A stretch of 63,038 nucleotides of DNA, filler included, from Pseudomonadota bacterium (GTDB lineage Bacteria > Bdellovibrionota_F > JAHFAK01 > JBDREC01): NCBI GenBank assembly GCA_043820105.1. It is 5 parts of 5 records of this genome, joined end to end, with 100 filler letters (N's around TTAATTAATTAA, not from the genome) between each part and the next. Parts side by side here need not be neighbours in the genome. Positions count along the whole stretch, not along the records: positions 1 to 11,883 come from JBDREC010000059.1; 4 more parts are not named here. One strand, written 5' to 3'. The notes under the pieces are model-generated. The model did no database searches and had not been told where the DNA came from. It saw only the letters and a list, made by a program, of their open reading frames with translations. Shown here piece by piece: positions 1 to 9,047 of this stretch. The translations under genes and the position numbers were made by a program. Within the stretch, counting starts at the first letter, position 1, and every line of letters begins with the position of its first letter.

Positions 1-67
1 TTATATCAAGAAAGAATAGCTTAAAGCCTTCAATTTCATTTTTTATAAATTCTTTGATCATTAGCAT
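1..67 (-). CDS. 5' fragment of a gene running off the window edge
   Basis: ATG at 67 preceded by AGGAGG; frame open to the edge (MLMIKEFIKNEIEGFKLFFLDI). Confidence 0.45.
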   Translation of the reverse strand, partial: MLMIKEFIKNEIEGFKLFFLDI

Positions 68-213
68 ACCTCCTCACAGGCTGTTTTAAAAGGACATTCT
101 TTGCATTGCCAGCCTTTGCGGGCATAGAAGATTTTAGAATCAATGGCTTGTGATATTTGGGAGATGAATTTATCTGTTTCCAGGATTTAAAATTGTGATT
201 GGAGGGTCAGAAA

Positions 214-1283
214 GGGGTCAGGCCTTGACATTCGACAATAAATCACCTAACAACTAATATTAAACTAATCAATTTAGGGGTAATTTATGCCTAGACCTAA
301 AAGAATTGAATATGAAGGTGCTTGGTATCACGTCATGAATAGAGGTGCTAGCAAGAAAAGCATCTTTCATTCATATGATGACAGGGACTATTTTTTAAAG
401 CTACTAGGGCAAGTCAATGATCAATGGAATCTTCAGGCACATGCCTATTGTTTGATGACAAATCATTATCATCTGCTTGTTCATACTCCAAATCTTGGCT
501 TATCAGAAAGCATGAGACATCTTTCATCAATGTATACAATGAGATATAATAAGAAATATAAAAGGGATGGAGCATTGTTTAGAGGTAGATTCAAATCAAT
601 ATTGCTAGATAGAGATGATTGTGCATCAGCGATATTAAGATACATTCACCAAAATCCTGTGAAAGCAGGTTTATGTAAAAAGGTAGAATCATACAGATGG
701 TCTAGTCACAGAGCATATTTAAATGAAAAAAATAAACCGTCATTTTTATATACAGATGAGATATTGAAAGATTTTGCAAAGAGTAGTTCTAAGGCAAGGC
801 GAAAATTGCATGAATTTGTGATTGGAAGAGAATCTAAATATTTTATTAACTCTATAGAAGGGCCAAGACCTCTATCTGTAATGGGATCACAGGGTTTTAG
901 AGATTGGATAAAAGATAATTATTTAGATAAAGTAAAGAAAGATAAGCTAATTTCAACAGCAAGAAGTAATAAACGCCCTGAGATTAAACCAAAGCAAATG
1001 TTGTCATATGTTAGCTCTGAATTCAGTGTCAGTAAAAAAAGCATTATGGAAAATAAGTCTGGATCCATTGCAAATATACCAAGACTGACATATTTATATT
1101 TATTGCATAAAATGGCAGGTTTTACACATAATGAAATCTCTGAAATTATCAAATCAGGAAACAAGGCCTCAGTAGCTCAAAACATTTATCGCTTTTCAAG
1201 AAGGTTAGAAGAGGACGAAGAGTTGGGTGAAAGGATTAAAGGTATGAAGGGGAATTTGTTGTCGAATGTCAAGGCCTGACCCC
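214..1283 (+). mobile_element. RAYT (Y1 HUH transposase) element bounded by 25-bp perfect terminal inverted repeats
   Basis: GGGGTCAGGCCTTGACATTCGACAA at 214-238; exact reverse complement at 1259-1283, overlapping the transposase stop codon. Confidence 0.75.
287..1279 (+). CDS. REP-associated tyrosine transposase (Y1_Tnp) with C-terminal DnaA-C/TrpR-like HTH
   Basis: MPRPKR..YHVMNRG, AYCLMTNHYHLL (HUH), LFRGRFKS, YIHQNPVKAG, YRWSS motifs; helical C-terminal domain. Confidence 0.9.
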   Translation: MPRPKRIEYEGAWYHVMNRGASKKSIFHSYDDRDYFLKLLGQVNDQWNLQAHAYCLMTNHYHLLVHTPNLGLSESMRHLSSMYTMRYNKKYKRDGALFRGRFKSILLDRDDCASAILRYIHQNPVKAGLCKKVESYRWSSHRAYLNEKNKPSFLYTDEILKDFAKSSSKARRKLHEFVIGRESKYFINSIEGPRPLSVMGSQGFRDWIKDNYLDKVKKDKLISTARSNKRPEIKPKQMLSYVSSEFSVSKKSIMENKSGSIANIPRLTYLYLLHKMAGFTHNEISEIIKSGNKASVAQNIYRFSRRLEEDEELGERIKGMKGNLLSNVKA

Positions 1284-1325
1284 TGTTCTTCGACCCCTGT
1301 TCTTCTTCAATTTTAAGAAGGACCT

Positions 1326-1814
1326 ATGAAAGATTGTATAACATTAAACGCTACAAGAAAAAGTATTGATATGATATTAGAGAGATTTAATGGCAATAAC
1401 TATGTTCAATGTATGAAATGTGGAAGCATTAAAGCGGATGCTAAAGAACTTTTAAAAACACTTGTTATTATTACAGAAGAAGCTTTTAAATATGAAGATG
1501 AATTGTTTTATATGGAAGATGCGGATGATTCAGAAATTGGGATATATGACAGCGATGGACAATTAAGTGCCTATTCAGATTATTTTAGTGATTTATTGTA
1601 TTCAATGGTTACAGTCGGATTTCCAGAAAAATGTTATGAAGGCTCAGTTTTGTATGATAGATTTATAAAAGAAAATCAGCAAAGGTTAATGCCAGAATTA
1701 AACAAGTTTTTTGAGGATGCTGTGCTCATTGATGCACACCAAGTTATACTAAAGGTTAATGATTTTTGTGGATGTCCAATGAGTTTGTTTAGGGATGAAG
1801 GGGAAGATGATTGA
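1326..1814 (+). CDS. hypothetical protein (acidic)
   Basis: 162-aa ORF with AGGA RBS; no recognisable motif. Confidence 0.6.
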   Translation: MKDCITLNATRKSIDMILERFNGNNYVQCMKCGSIKADAKELLKTLVIITEEAFKYEDELFYMEDADDSEIGIYDSDGQLSAYSDYFSDLLYSMVTVGFPEKCYEGSVLYDRFIKENQQRLMPELNKFFEDAVLIDAHQVILKVNDFCGCPMSLFRDEGEDD

Positions 1815-2217
1815 TTTTTCAAAAACCGCAATATAATTCAGCAAAGGTTATAATTAAGTACTGAAATAAGGAAAAGACAAAGCCAATATGGACTGGGGCC
1901 GGTCCAGGGCCGGTATTTTCGAGGCATCAAAAACACTTAACCTCATGTAATCACAGCCAAAATACAAATGGAGGCTAAGGGAAACAAGCCCTAAAATTGT
2001 TCTCCAATTTTCAAAAGAAGTCATCCGGTATTTTCCTGAGATATTAGCGGCTTAGGAAGCACATGAAATCCCATGAAATATAATATAGAAATTTTATAGA
2101 ACCGATTTGAGGTAATTTGAGACGGAGAACAATTTTTTGTATGAAATTGGGTGGAGAACAATCCTGCCTTGCTATGATCGGATGATGCAATATTAATGTT
2201 AAACCATCAAAAAGAAG

Positions 2218-2246
2218 TTGACATGTTGATGTTGATCGGATACCAT
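2218..2246 (+). promoter_or_regulatory. sigma-70 promoter of the Fic gene (probably leaderless transcript)
   Basis: TTGACA-N17-TACCAT, then ATG 2254 seven nt after the -10 box. Confidence 0.6.
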
Positions 2247-2253
2247 GAATATT

Positions 2254-3192
2254 ATGTTATCCAATCGTTTAAAAAAATTAATATTTAGAATTGAAAAAGG
2301 AATGGAACTTATAAATAATCATAGGCCTTTATCAAATTCAATTCTAAATAGGCTTCAGGAACAATTTATAATTGAGATGACCTATAATTCAAATGCAATT
2401 GAAGGTAATACTTTAACATTAAAAGAAACTAAACTAGTTTTGGAAAATGGAATAACAATTGGCGGCAAATCATTAAAAGAGCATTTAGAAACAATTAATC
2501 ACAGGGATGCAATAAAATTTATTGAAAAATTGGCAGCGTCAAAAGAAAAAATTACTGAAAGAGTTATAAGAGAAATTCATTCTTTGATATTAAAAGAAAT
2601 TGATCCTGATTATGCTGGAAGATATAGGGATGTAGCTGTAAGAATAGTAGGTTCTAGTCATAAACCACCTGAGCATATTAAAATTAATGAATTAATGGCA
2701 ACCTTTGAAAAAGAAGTATTAAGAAAAAGAAGTCTACACCCGATTATCAAAGCAAGTTTAGCACATTTTGAGTTGGTTTCAATACATCCATTCGTTGATG
2801 GGAATGGGAGGTGTGCAAGACTTTTAATGAATCTAATTTTAATAAAACATGGATTTCTTCCAGCAATTGTTTTGAATAATGACAGAAGGAAATACTATAA
2901 TACTCTTGAAAAGGCACACAAGAAAGATAAAGAAGAATTCATTATTTTTATATGCAGAGCAATTGAAAGAACTGTTTATTTATATCTTGAAGCGATTCCT
3001 AAAATAAATGAAAAAATGATAACATTAGCCCAGGCTTCTAAAATTTCTCCTTATTCTATAGACTATCTAAATGTTTTGGCCAGAAGAGGTGCTATTCCTG
3101 CCTTTAAAATAAAAAGAAATTGGGTAGTTTCACAAAAAGCCTTAGATGATTATATAAAAGAACATATGAATGCCAATGGGATTGAAAACTGA
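2254..3192 (+). CDS. Fic-family AMPylase (class II-like) with C-terminal HTH
   Basis: HPFVDGNGRCAR Fic motif; SNAIEGN inhibitory motif; C-terminal ITLAQAS..YLNVLARRG..KIKRNW HTH; last codons derive from the IS21 end. Confidence 0.9.
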   Translation: MLSNRLKKLIFRIEKGMELINNHRPLSNSILNRLQEQFIIEMTYNSNAIEGNTLTLKETKLVLENGITIGGKSLKEHLETINHRDAIKFIEKLAASKEKITERVIREIHSLILKEIDPDYAGRYRDVAVRIVGSSHKPPEHIKINELMATFEKEVLRKRSLHPIIKASLAHFELVSIHPFVDGNGRCARLLMNLILIKHGFLPAIVLNNDRRKYYNTLEKAHKKDKEEFIIFICRAIERTVYLYLEAIPKINEKMITLAQASKISPYSIDYLNVLARRGAIPAFKIKRNWVVSQKALDDYIKEHMNANGIEN

Positions 3193-3482
3193 CCCACCAA
3201 AGGGACGCAAAAGTGGACCACCTAGACAAAAAAAAATATCTTAAATTATTGTAAAAATAGCAATCCAATAATCTTCATTTCCCCCTTTTTTTTCTTATAA
3301 AAAATAATGGAATTAGCAATGAAGGTTATCCACATGAGCAAAAATGCTACAGGCAAATATATAACGCTTGGGGCTAGGGCCATTAATAGCCCATAAGCCC
3401 CATCTGCATTTGACTGGGGCATTTTTGATTTTGTGGATAACCTGGTCGTCATAGCTAGCTAATTCCTTTCAAAAAAATCATA

Positions 3483-4241
3483 TTACTTTAGTTTTTTATT
3501 AAATGCTTCTTTATGTTCTTTTGCCCTGTAACTTTCTCCTTTTATCGATATTATCTGGGAATGATGTATTAATCTGTCTATTATCGCTGAAGCCAGAACT
3601 TGGTCAAAAAGAATATTTCCCCAATCTTCAAAAGACTTGTTTGATGTTATTATTATTGATGAGTTTTCATATCTTTGATTTATTATTTCAAACAAGTCAT
3701 CTACCGCATTTTGCGTAAACTTTTTGAATCCTAATTCATCTATTATTAAAAGATCTGGCTTTATATAATCCTCGATTCTTTTATGATATGATCCATCTGC
3801 TCGTGATTGATATAGTTCTTTTATTAAATCATAGGCTGTTGTAAACAAAACTTTATGTCCTCTTAATAATGCTTTAAAGCCTATCGACGTTGCTAAATGT
3901 GTTTTACCTGTACCTGGTTTCCCTAAAAATATTATATTTTCTTTTTTATACATGAATGAACAAGTCGCTATATCTAAGATCTGTGATTGATTGATACTTG
4001 GCTGAAAATTAAAATCGAAACCTTCTATCCTTTTTTTTCCAAACTTACTCATTTTTGATTTTGAGATCCTTTTTTTTAACGAATTATTTTTTCTTGATAA
4101 TTCTTCTTCATCTAAAAGATTATTTAAAAACTCTAGATGCGCTAAACTACTTGATTTTGCATATTCTATTTTATCTTCCAATGCTTTTGAAATTCCTGCC
4201 AATTTAAAAGTTGTTAACTTTTTTTTCACTTCTTGTATCAT
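3483..4241 (-). CDS. istB: IS21 helper AAA+ ATPase IstB
   Basis: FDFNFQP, GKPGTGKT Walker A, LLIIDELG Walker B, IIITSN, AIIDRLIHH, GESYR. Confidence 0.95.
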   Translation of the reverse strand: MIQEVKKKLTTFKLAGISKALEDKIEYAKSSSLAHLEFLNNLLDEEELSRKNNSLKKRISKSKMSKFGKKRIEGFDFNFQPSINQSQILDIATCSFMYKKENIIFLGKPGTGKTHLATSIGFKALLRGHKVLFTTAYDLIKELYQSRADGSYHKRIEDYIKPDLLIIDELGFKKFTQNAVDDLFEIINQRYENSSIIITSNKSFEDWGNILFDQVLASAIIDRLIHHSQIISIKGESYRAKEHKEAFNKKLK

Positions 4242-4259
4242 TTTTTCGCCTCCTTATTT

Positions 4260-4950
4260 TTAATGAAGTTTATCGTATTTACTTAAATCACTTTTATAAA
4301 TTTCACTTTCTTTTCTCTTGCTTAGATCTTCCATATCAAAAAGTTCATTTTCTGGCATATATTTTTGCATTAAAATATTTTTTATACATTTGTAAGTATA
4401 GTTCTCATACTGAGCTGCTCTTAAACACGCATTTCCCAGCTTTTGAGCCCCATACTTTTTCCCTAATGTTAAAATTCCCTGGATCATTCTGTAAGCTTCA
4501 TGATCTTTTTCATGAAACATCTGATCACAATAATTATAAACAATATCTCCATATTTTTTTGCTCGATTCATATAATATTCATATGTATTGGAACTTATGA
4601 GCTCTATCCATTCAGGAAAATGGCTTTTATGATTTATTTTTTCACCAATAAAACTTGCCCTTTTATGTGTATGAATTGTTTCTAATTTCTTATTGTAAAT
4701 TTGAACAAAGTATTTTGATTTCTTAATATATAATTCTTCTCCGACATAAGAATATGGAGCTGAATATAATGATTTATCTACTCGTAAATAACAGTCCAAA
4801 TGAAGTTTATGAATTGTCCATTCACTTGAATCAAAAATTTCTAATGGAAGTTTCGCAAGTATTTTTTTCTCTTCATTTTCAAAAACGTCTTTTGGAATTC
4901 TTCTTGTTGTACCATGAATCCTTAATGATTTTTCTTCCATCCATTTTCTG
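4260..4950 (-). pseudogene. istA: IS21 transposase IstA, C-terminal part only
   Basis: RIHGTTRRIP, YSAPY motifs; 5' end replaced by heptamer repeats (ORF start MLWRLVT is repeat-derived). Confidence 0.85.
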
Positions 4951-5022
4951 GTCACCAGTCGCCAGAGCACCAGTCACCTGCTGAATACCGAATACTGAAT
5001 ACCAAATACCAATCTCACCACT
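4948..5022 (+). repeat. composite heptamer repeat cassette (CACCAGT-like, GAATACT-like, ACCACT)
   Basis: same blocks in the same order as at 25114-25192 and 45126-45297. Confidence 0.8.
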
Positions 5023-5078
5023 TTATATTTTCTCAATTATCTTGATTTGTATGTAGAAATTGATTAATAATTCAAGTT

Positions 5079-5585
5079 ATGGATAGACTAATCGAATTGT
5101 TAAATAAAATGAAAGTTTCTGGTATAATTAGTAATTATGCAATTGGAGGAGCTACTGCGCTTGTTTATTATTTTGAACCTATTAATACTCAGGATATAGA
5201 TGTTTTTACGGTTCTTAATTCAAAAAATGATGTTTTGGTTAATCTTTCTCCAATTTATGATTTTCTAAAAAAGGAAAAATGTAAATTTGAAAAGGAATTT
5301 GTACTTATTCAAAATATTCCTGTTCAGTTTCTTGTGCCTTATAATGAGCTGCTTACAGAGGCAGTTGAAAAGGGCAAATATGTTTCCTATGGTAGAAAAA
5401 AAATTAGAATATTTGACTTAGAGTATCTTATGGCAATTATGATACAGACTGGAAGACTTAAGGATAAGGCAAGGCTTTCAGACCTTGTTTTGCAGAAAAT
5501 TAAATTTGATGCAAAAAAGCTTAATACAATATTAAAAAAATTCAGTCTTTATGAAAAGTGGCTTGAGCTTAAGGAGACCTTCTAA
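5079..5585 (+). CDS. nucleotidyltransferase-family protein (possible TA component)
   Basis: AIGGATA..TQDIDVF Pol-beta-like motif; C-terminal GRLKDKAR. Confidence 0.7.
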   Translation: MDRLIELLNKMKVSGIISNYAIGGATALVYYFEPINTQDIDVFTVLNSKNDVLVNLSPIYDFLKKEKCKFEKEFVLIQNIPVQFLVPYNELLTEAVEKGKYVSYGRKKIRIFDLEYLMAIMIQTGRLKDKARLSDLVLQKIKFDAKKLNTILKKFSLYEKWLELKETF

Positions 5586-5586
5586 G

Positions 5587-5760
5587 ATGAATAAGGAAGA
5601 AGAAATTATAAGTGAAATCAAAGAATCAAAAAAAGCAGTAAAGAATTATCTCATTAACTTGTCATTTAGTGAAAAAATAAAACGTATAGTTGAAATGCAG
5701 AAACTTTCAGCCAAGCTAAAGAAAGGTTCTAAAAATAAAATTTATATATGGAATATTTAA
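5587..5760 (+). CDS. small protein coupled to the nucleotidyltransferase gene
   Basis: starts 1 nt after the upstream stop; LSFSEKIKRIVEMQ helix. Confidence 0.6.
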   Translation: MNKEEEIISEIKESKKAVKNYLINLSFSEKIKRIVEMQKLSAKLKKGSKNKIYIWNI

Positions 5761-5784
5761 GAAAAAAGAACTGCGTTACTAACG

Positions 5785-6295
5785 GTTGAAAAAACAATTA
5801 ATAGTCAAAATCAATTTTCAATAATCAATGAATACTAAATACTGAATACTGAATACCAAATACCAATCTTACCACTTACCACTTACCACTTACCACTTAC
5901 CACTTACCACTTGTTCCCTTGCGTTCTTGTTCCCTAAGAAATATACTACATCACCATCGTTGAAAATAATCAATAATCAACAATCAATTTTCAATAATCA
6001 ATGAATACTGAATACTAAATACTGAATACTGAATACTAAATACTGAATACTAAATACTGAATACCAAATATCAAATACCAATCTTACCACTTACCACTTA
6101 CCACTTACCACTTACCACTTGTTCCCTAAGAAATATACTACATCACCATCGTTGAAAATAATCAATAATCAACAATCAATTTTCAATAATCAATGAATAC
6201 TGAATACTAAATACTGAATACTGAATACTAAATACTGAATACCAAATACCAATCTTACCACTTACCACTTACCACTTGTTCCCATGTTCCCTTGT
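5785..6295 (+). repeat. three tandem composite microsatellite units
   Basis: each unit is (AATAATC)n-(GAATACT)n-(ACCACTT)n-TTGTTCCC; unit starts at 5785, 5959 and 6151; block copy numbers differ. Confidence 0.9.
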
Positions 6296-6649
6296 TTACG
6301 CAAAATTAAGCCCACAATCAGGACACTCAGTTTCTTTTGTCGAAAACACTGTTCCACAGGCAGGGCAGGTGGCTTTTTCTTTTTCTGGGTCAAATACCTC
6401 ATTAATTTGATCAATATTTATATCAAGACCATCAAATAGTTTTTCTTGTTCTTTTTTCATCATGTCTTGAAAGATGCTTATATGCTCTTTTTGGATCCAT
6501 ACTTCAACTGTTGTTTTGCAACCTTTTGTACATGTTTCTTCATTATGCCTGATTTCAAGATCAGCTTTTCTTTCCATCATATTATATTTAAGTCTCTTAG
6601 CTTCATTAATTTCAATGGTTCCAATCAACAATAATTCTTTCTCTTCCAT
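6296..6649 (-). CDS. small protein with C-terminal double zinc ribbon
   Basis: CPACG..CPDCG; CTKGC. Confidence 0.8.
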   Translation of the reverse strand: MEEKELLLIGTIEINEAKRLKYNMMERKADLEIRHNEETCTKGCKTTVEVWIQKEHISIFQDMMKKEQEKLFDGLDINIDQINEVFDPEKEKATCPACGTVFSTKETECPDCGLNFA

Positions 6650-6736
6650 CTTGTATCCTTTTTTTATTTATTTTAGTGTAATCCTAATTTTCTTATCTAT
6701 ATTGTCAACTATAGATCGATAATAATTGAGTGATAG

Positions 6737-6850
6737 AGCGCAAGGGAACAGGGGAACAGGAGAACAAGAGCTCAAGGGAATAAGAGATAATATATGATTG
6801 TGAACGATTCCTACTCGTTACTAGCTTTTTCTACCAGCAGCCAGCAACCA
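6737..6850 (+). repeat. octamer (GGGAACAG-like) and heptamer (CCAGCAA) intergenic repeats
   Basis: read directly; the octamer block is the reverse complement of the TTGTTCCC block. Confidence 0.7.
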
Positions 6851-6859
6851 ATTCCACTC

Positions 6860-8971
6860 CTAAAGCCCCCAATACTCAAAATATGCATCATTTGTAAAGG
6901 CTCTCCCCAGAAAGTCACTGACCATTTCTGAAGCCTCCTTTGAAGCTCCTGGTTCGTATATATATTGTCTTAACAAATCACCATTTGTAGTGTCATCCAA
7001 AATATTGTCTGTAAATTGGGATAATAAATCAGTTGCAATAACAGCTGACCAAAGATAGACATATGATCTTGATTCATAGCCTCCACCTGCTAAGGTTTCA
7101 GAAAAGGTATAAAGGTTTGTTTCTGGTCCATAATTTAAGGCTAAATAGGTTTCGCCTATATTTTGAGTGAATTCCTGAAGACCTTGGCTTCCTTCTGTAT
7201 TATAAGAGGAATGCAAGCTTAAATCCATTAAATCCCAATAATTTGAATCATTCATGAAAACATATTTTGAAGGTCCATAGTAATTGTTATTATACATATT
7301 ATCTACTATTGCATCTGTAATTACATCTCCGGTTAAATAGTGCTTTGCGAATGATTTTATTATATTCTTGTTATATGTAAGATATTCAAAAAACATTGAC
7401 GGAACTTCAACAAAATCCCACTCTACAAATAAGCTTGAGTGAAAATAATATTGATTTGTTCCTAGAGCTGAATGAAGAGCATGGCCCAGTTCGTGAAACA
7501 ATACTCTAACATCCTCAAAACTTAATAAAATATAATCTTCATCATATAAGTTCTTTTCCATTCCCATTTCAATAATACAAGCTGGGACTAATTTCGTGTT
7601 GTTTACATGTTTTGTTTCATAAAGATTAAGTGTTGCTCCATAGGCATCTTTATATTCTCTTGTAAAAAGATCTAAATAGATTCTACCCAGAAGTTCGCTG
7701 TTGTAACCGGAATATACGTTTAATAAGGAAACATCTTCATGCCATGCTTTTGGGGACGCACTTCTTTCAATATTTATATCAAACAAGGTATCTGCAATAT
7801 TTATTAAAGCATCCAAAACACTTTCATATTCAAAGTATTCATAACTGGTATCTACTACTCCATTATAATCATTTATTATTAAATTGGCTATTCCAATTGG
7901 CAAATCCTTGTGTTCTAAATCTTCATCTGTTTCCAGCGCATCTTGAAATGCATTTTCAATCTCATCTATATCTTCATGGGCTTTAACAAGAACTTGTTCA
8001 TTAATTGTTGTTATAAAAGCAAGTACAGTTTCAGCATCTCCTGCCATTGTTGTTGATAAAACAAAGTCAGAAAAATTTTCATAGCCATACATTGAGGCTA
8101 TTTCATTTCTTAATGAAAGCATTTCTTTTAATATTTCAATATTGTCATTAACAGCAACATTGTAAAAATCATTATAAACTGTTTCTCTTGTTTCAGGATT
8201 TGTGGCGGCATTTATTATGTAAGGATAATAATCTCTTGTGTAGGTATATGTTCCATCATCTGACTCTAGATATGATAGAATTGTATCAGATACGCCTGTA
8301 AGTTCGCCTTCTGTAAATTCAAGAGTACTTGAATGATTTGAAATGTAGTATTCATAGTAGGCTTCTTGTTCATAAAGGTCATCTCTTAAGTCAATATAAT
8401 TATCATGGTCATCACCTGAAAAATTAGCGCCAGCATTGCGTAGTTCCTGCAAGACTATTGTTAATAATCTTTCTTGGCTCCCTACTAGATCAAGAGCTTC
8501 ATCTGTGAGAGAATAGTTATATACAATGTTATAGGTTTCGTTGTCATTAAACTCAGTATCTGCCCAATCCGAAAGATCATACCAAGCATCTTCTGCTTCA
8601 AATACTATGCTGTCATTGGGATATAAATACATTAGTTGTTCTACAATGTAATATAATCTGAAATAAATATAAGCCATGTCATCAATAGCTAATAAGACTT
8701 TATCAAAACTATTATCTGCATTGATCTTAAAATCATCTAATAATAGATTAAGTATATCAAGGATCTCTTTTTTTGCATCTTCTATGTCATCATCTGTTAT
8801 ACTTGAAAAATCTATCTGTTCATTTAAGTCTATTGGAAAAAAGACATTTGTAAATTCAATTTCATCAAGATCTGATGTAGTGTTTTCTCCTTCAGTATCA
8901 GAAGAGCTAAGTGTGCATGATAATAAAAAGATGTAAACTAATGAAAAAATAAGATAAATAAGTTTTTTCAT
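6860..8971 (-). CDS. M3 family oligopeptidase (thimet/OpdA-like), acidic lipoprotein
   Basis: LLSC lipobox; AWHEDV, YLDLFTREYK, FHELGHALH, WDFVEVPS, YVYLWS, FLGR. Confidence 0.9.
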   Translation of the reverse strand: MKKLIYLIFSLVYIFLLSCTLSSSDTEGENTTSDLDEIEFTNVFFPIDLNEQIDFSSITDDDIEDAKKEILDILNLLLDDFKINADNSFDKVLLAIDDMAYIYFRLYYIVEQLMYLYPNDSIVFEAEDAWYDLSDWADTEFNDNETYNIVYNYSLTDEALDLVGSQERLLTIVLQELRNAGANFSGDDHDNYIDLRDDLYEQEAYYEYYISNHSSTLEFTEGELTGVSDTILSYLESDDGTYTYTRDYYPYIINAATNPETRETVYNDFYNVAVNDNIEILKEMLSLRNEIASMYGYENFSDFVLSTTMAGDAETVLAFITTINEQVLVKAHEDIDEIENAFQDALETDEDLEHKDLPIGIANLIINDYNGVVDTSYEYFEYESVLDALINIADTLFDINIERSASPKAWHEDVSLLNVYSGYNSELLGRIYLDLFTREYKDAYGATLNLYETKHVNNTKLVPACIIEMGMEKNLYDEDYILLSFEDVRVLFHELGHALHSALGTNQYYFHSSLFVEWDFVEVPSMFFEYLTYNKNIIKSFAKHYLTGDVITDAIVDNMYNNNYYGPSKYVFMNDSNYWDLMDLSLHSSYNTEGSQGLQEFTQNIGETYLALNYGPETNLYTFSETLAGGGYESRSYVYLWSAVIATDLLSQFTDNILDDTTNGDLLRQYIYEPGASKEASEMVSDFLGRAFTNDAYFEYWGL

Positions 8972-9047
8972 ATAATCACATAAAAATTGTTTTAATGAAA
9001 ATTATTTTAATAGATTTTTATGAAATTACAATTGTTTTTAAAATATT

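Larger units (their letters stand above)
3171..4950 (-). mobile_element. IS21-family element, right part only (IRR + istB + truncated istA)
   Basis: terminal TGCCAATGGGATTGAAAACTGACCCACC..GCAAAAGTGGACCACC at 3171-3223 with repeated IstA-binding-like boxes; istB/istA ORFs. Confidence 0.85.

Noticed and set aside
3246-3452. 68-aa passenger gene in IS21
   Set aside because: Overlaps the structured hairpin and has no recognisable domain; likely incidental, though not excluded
5785-6295. CRISPR array
   Set aside because: Units are microsatellite blocks with identical, not unique, intervening sequence; no cas genes
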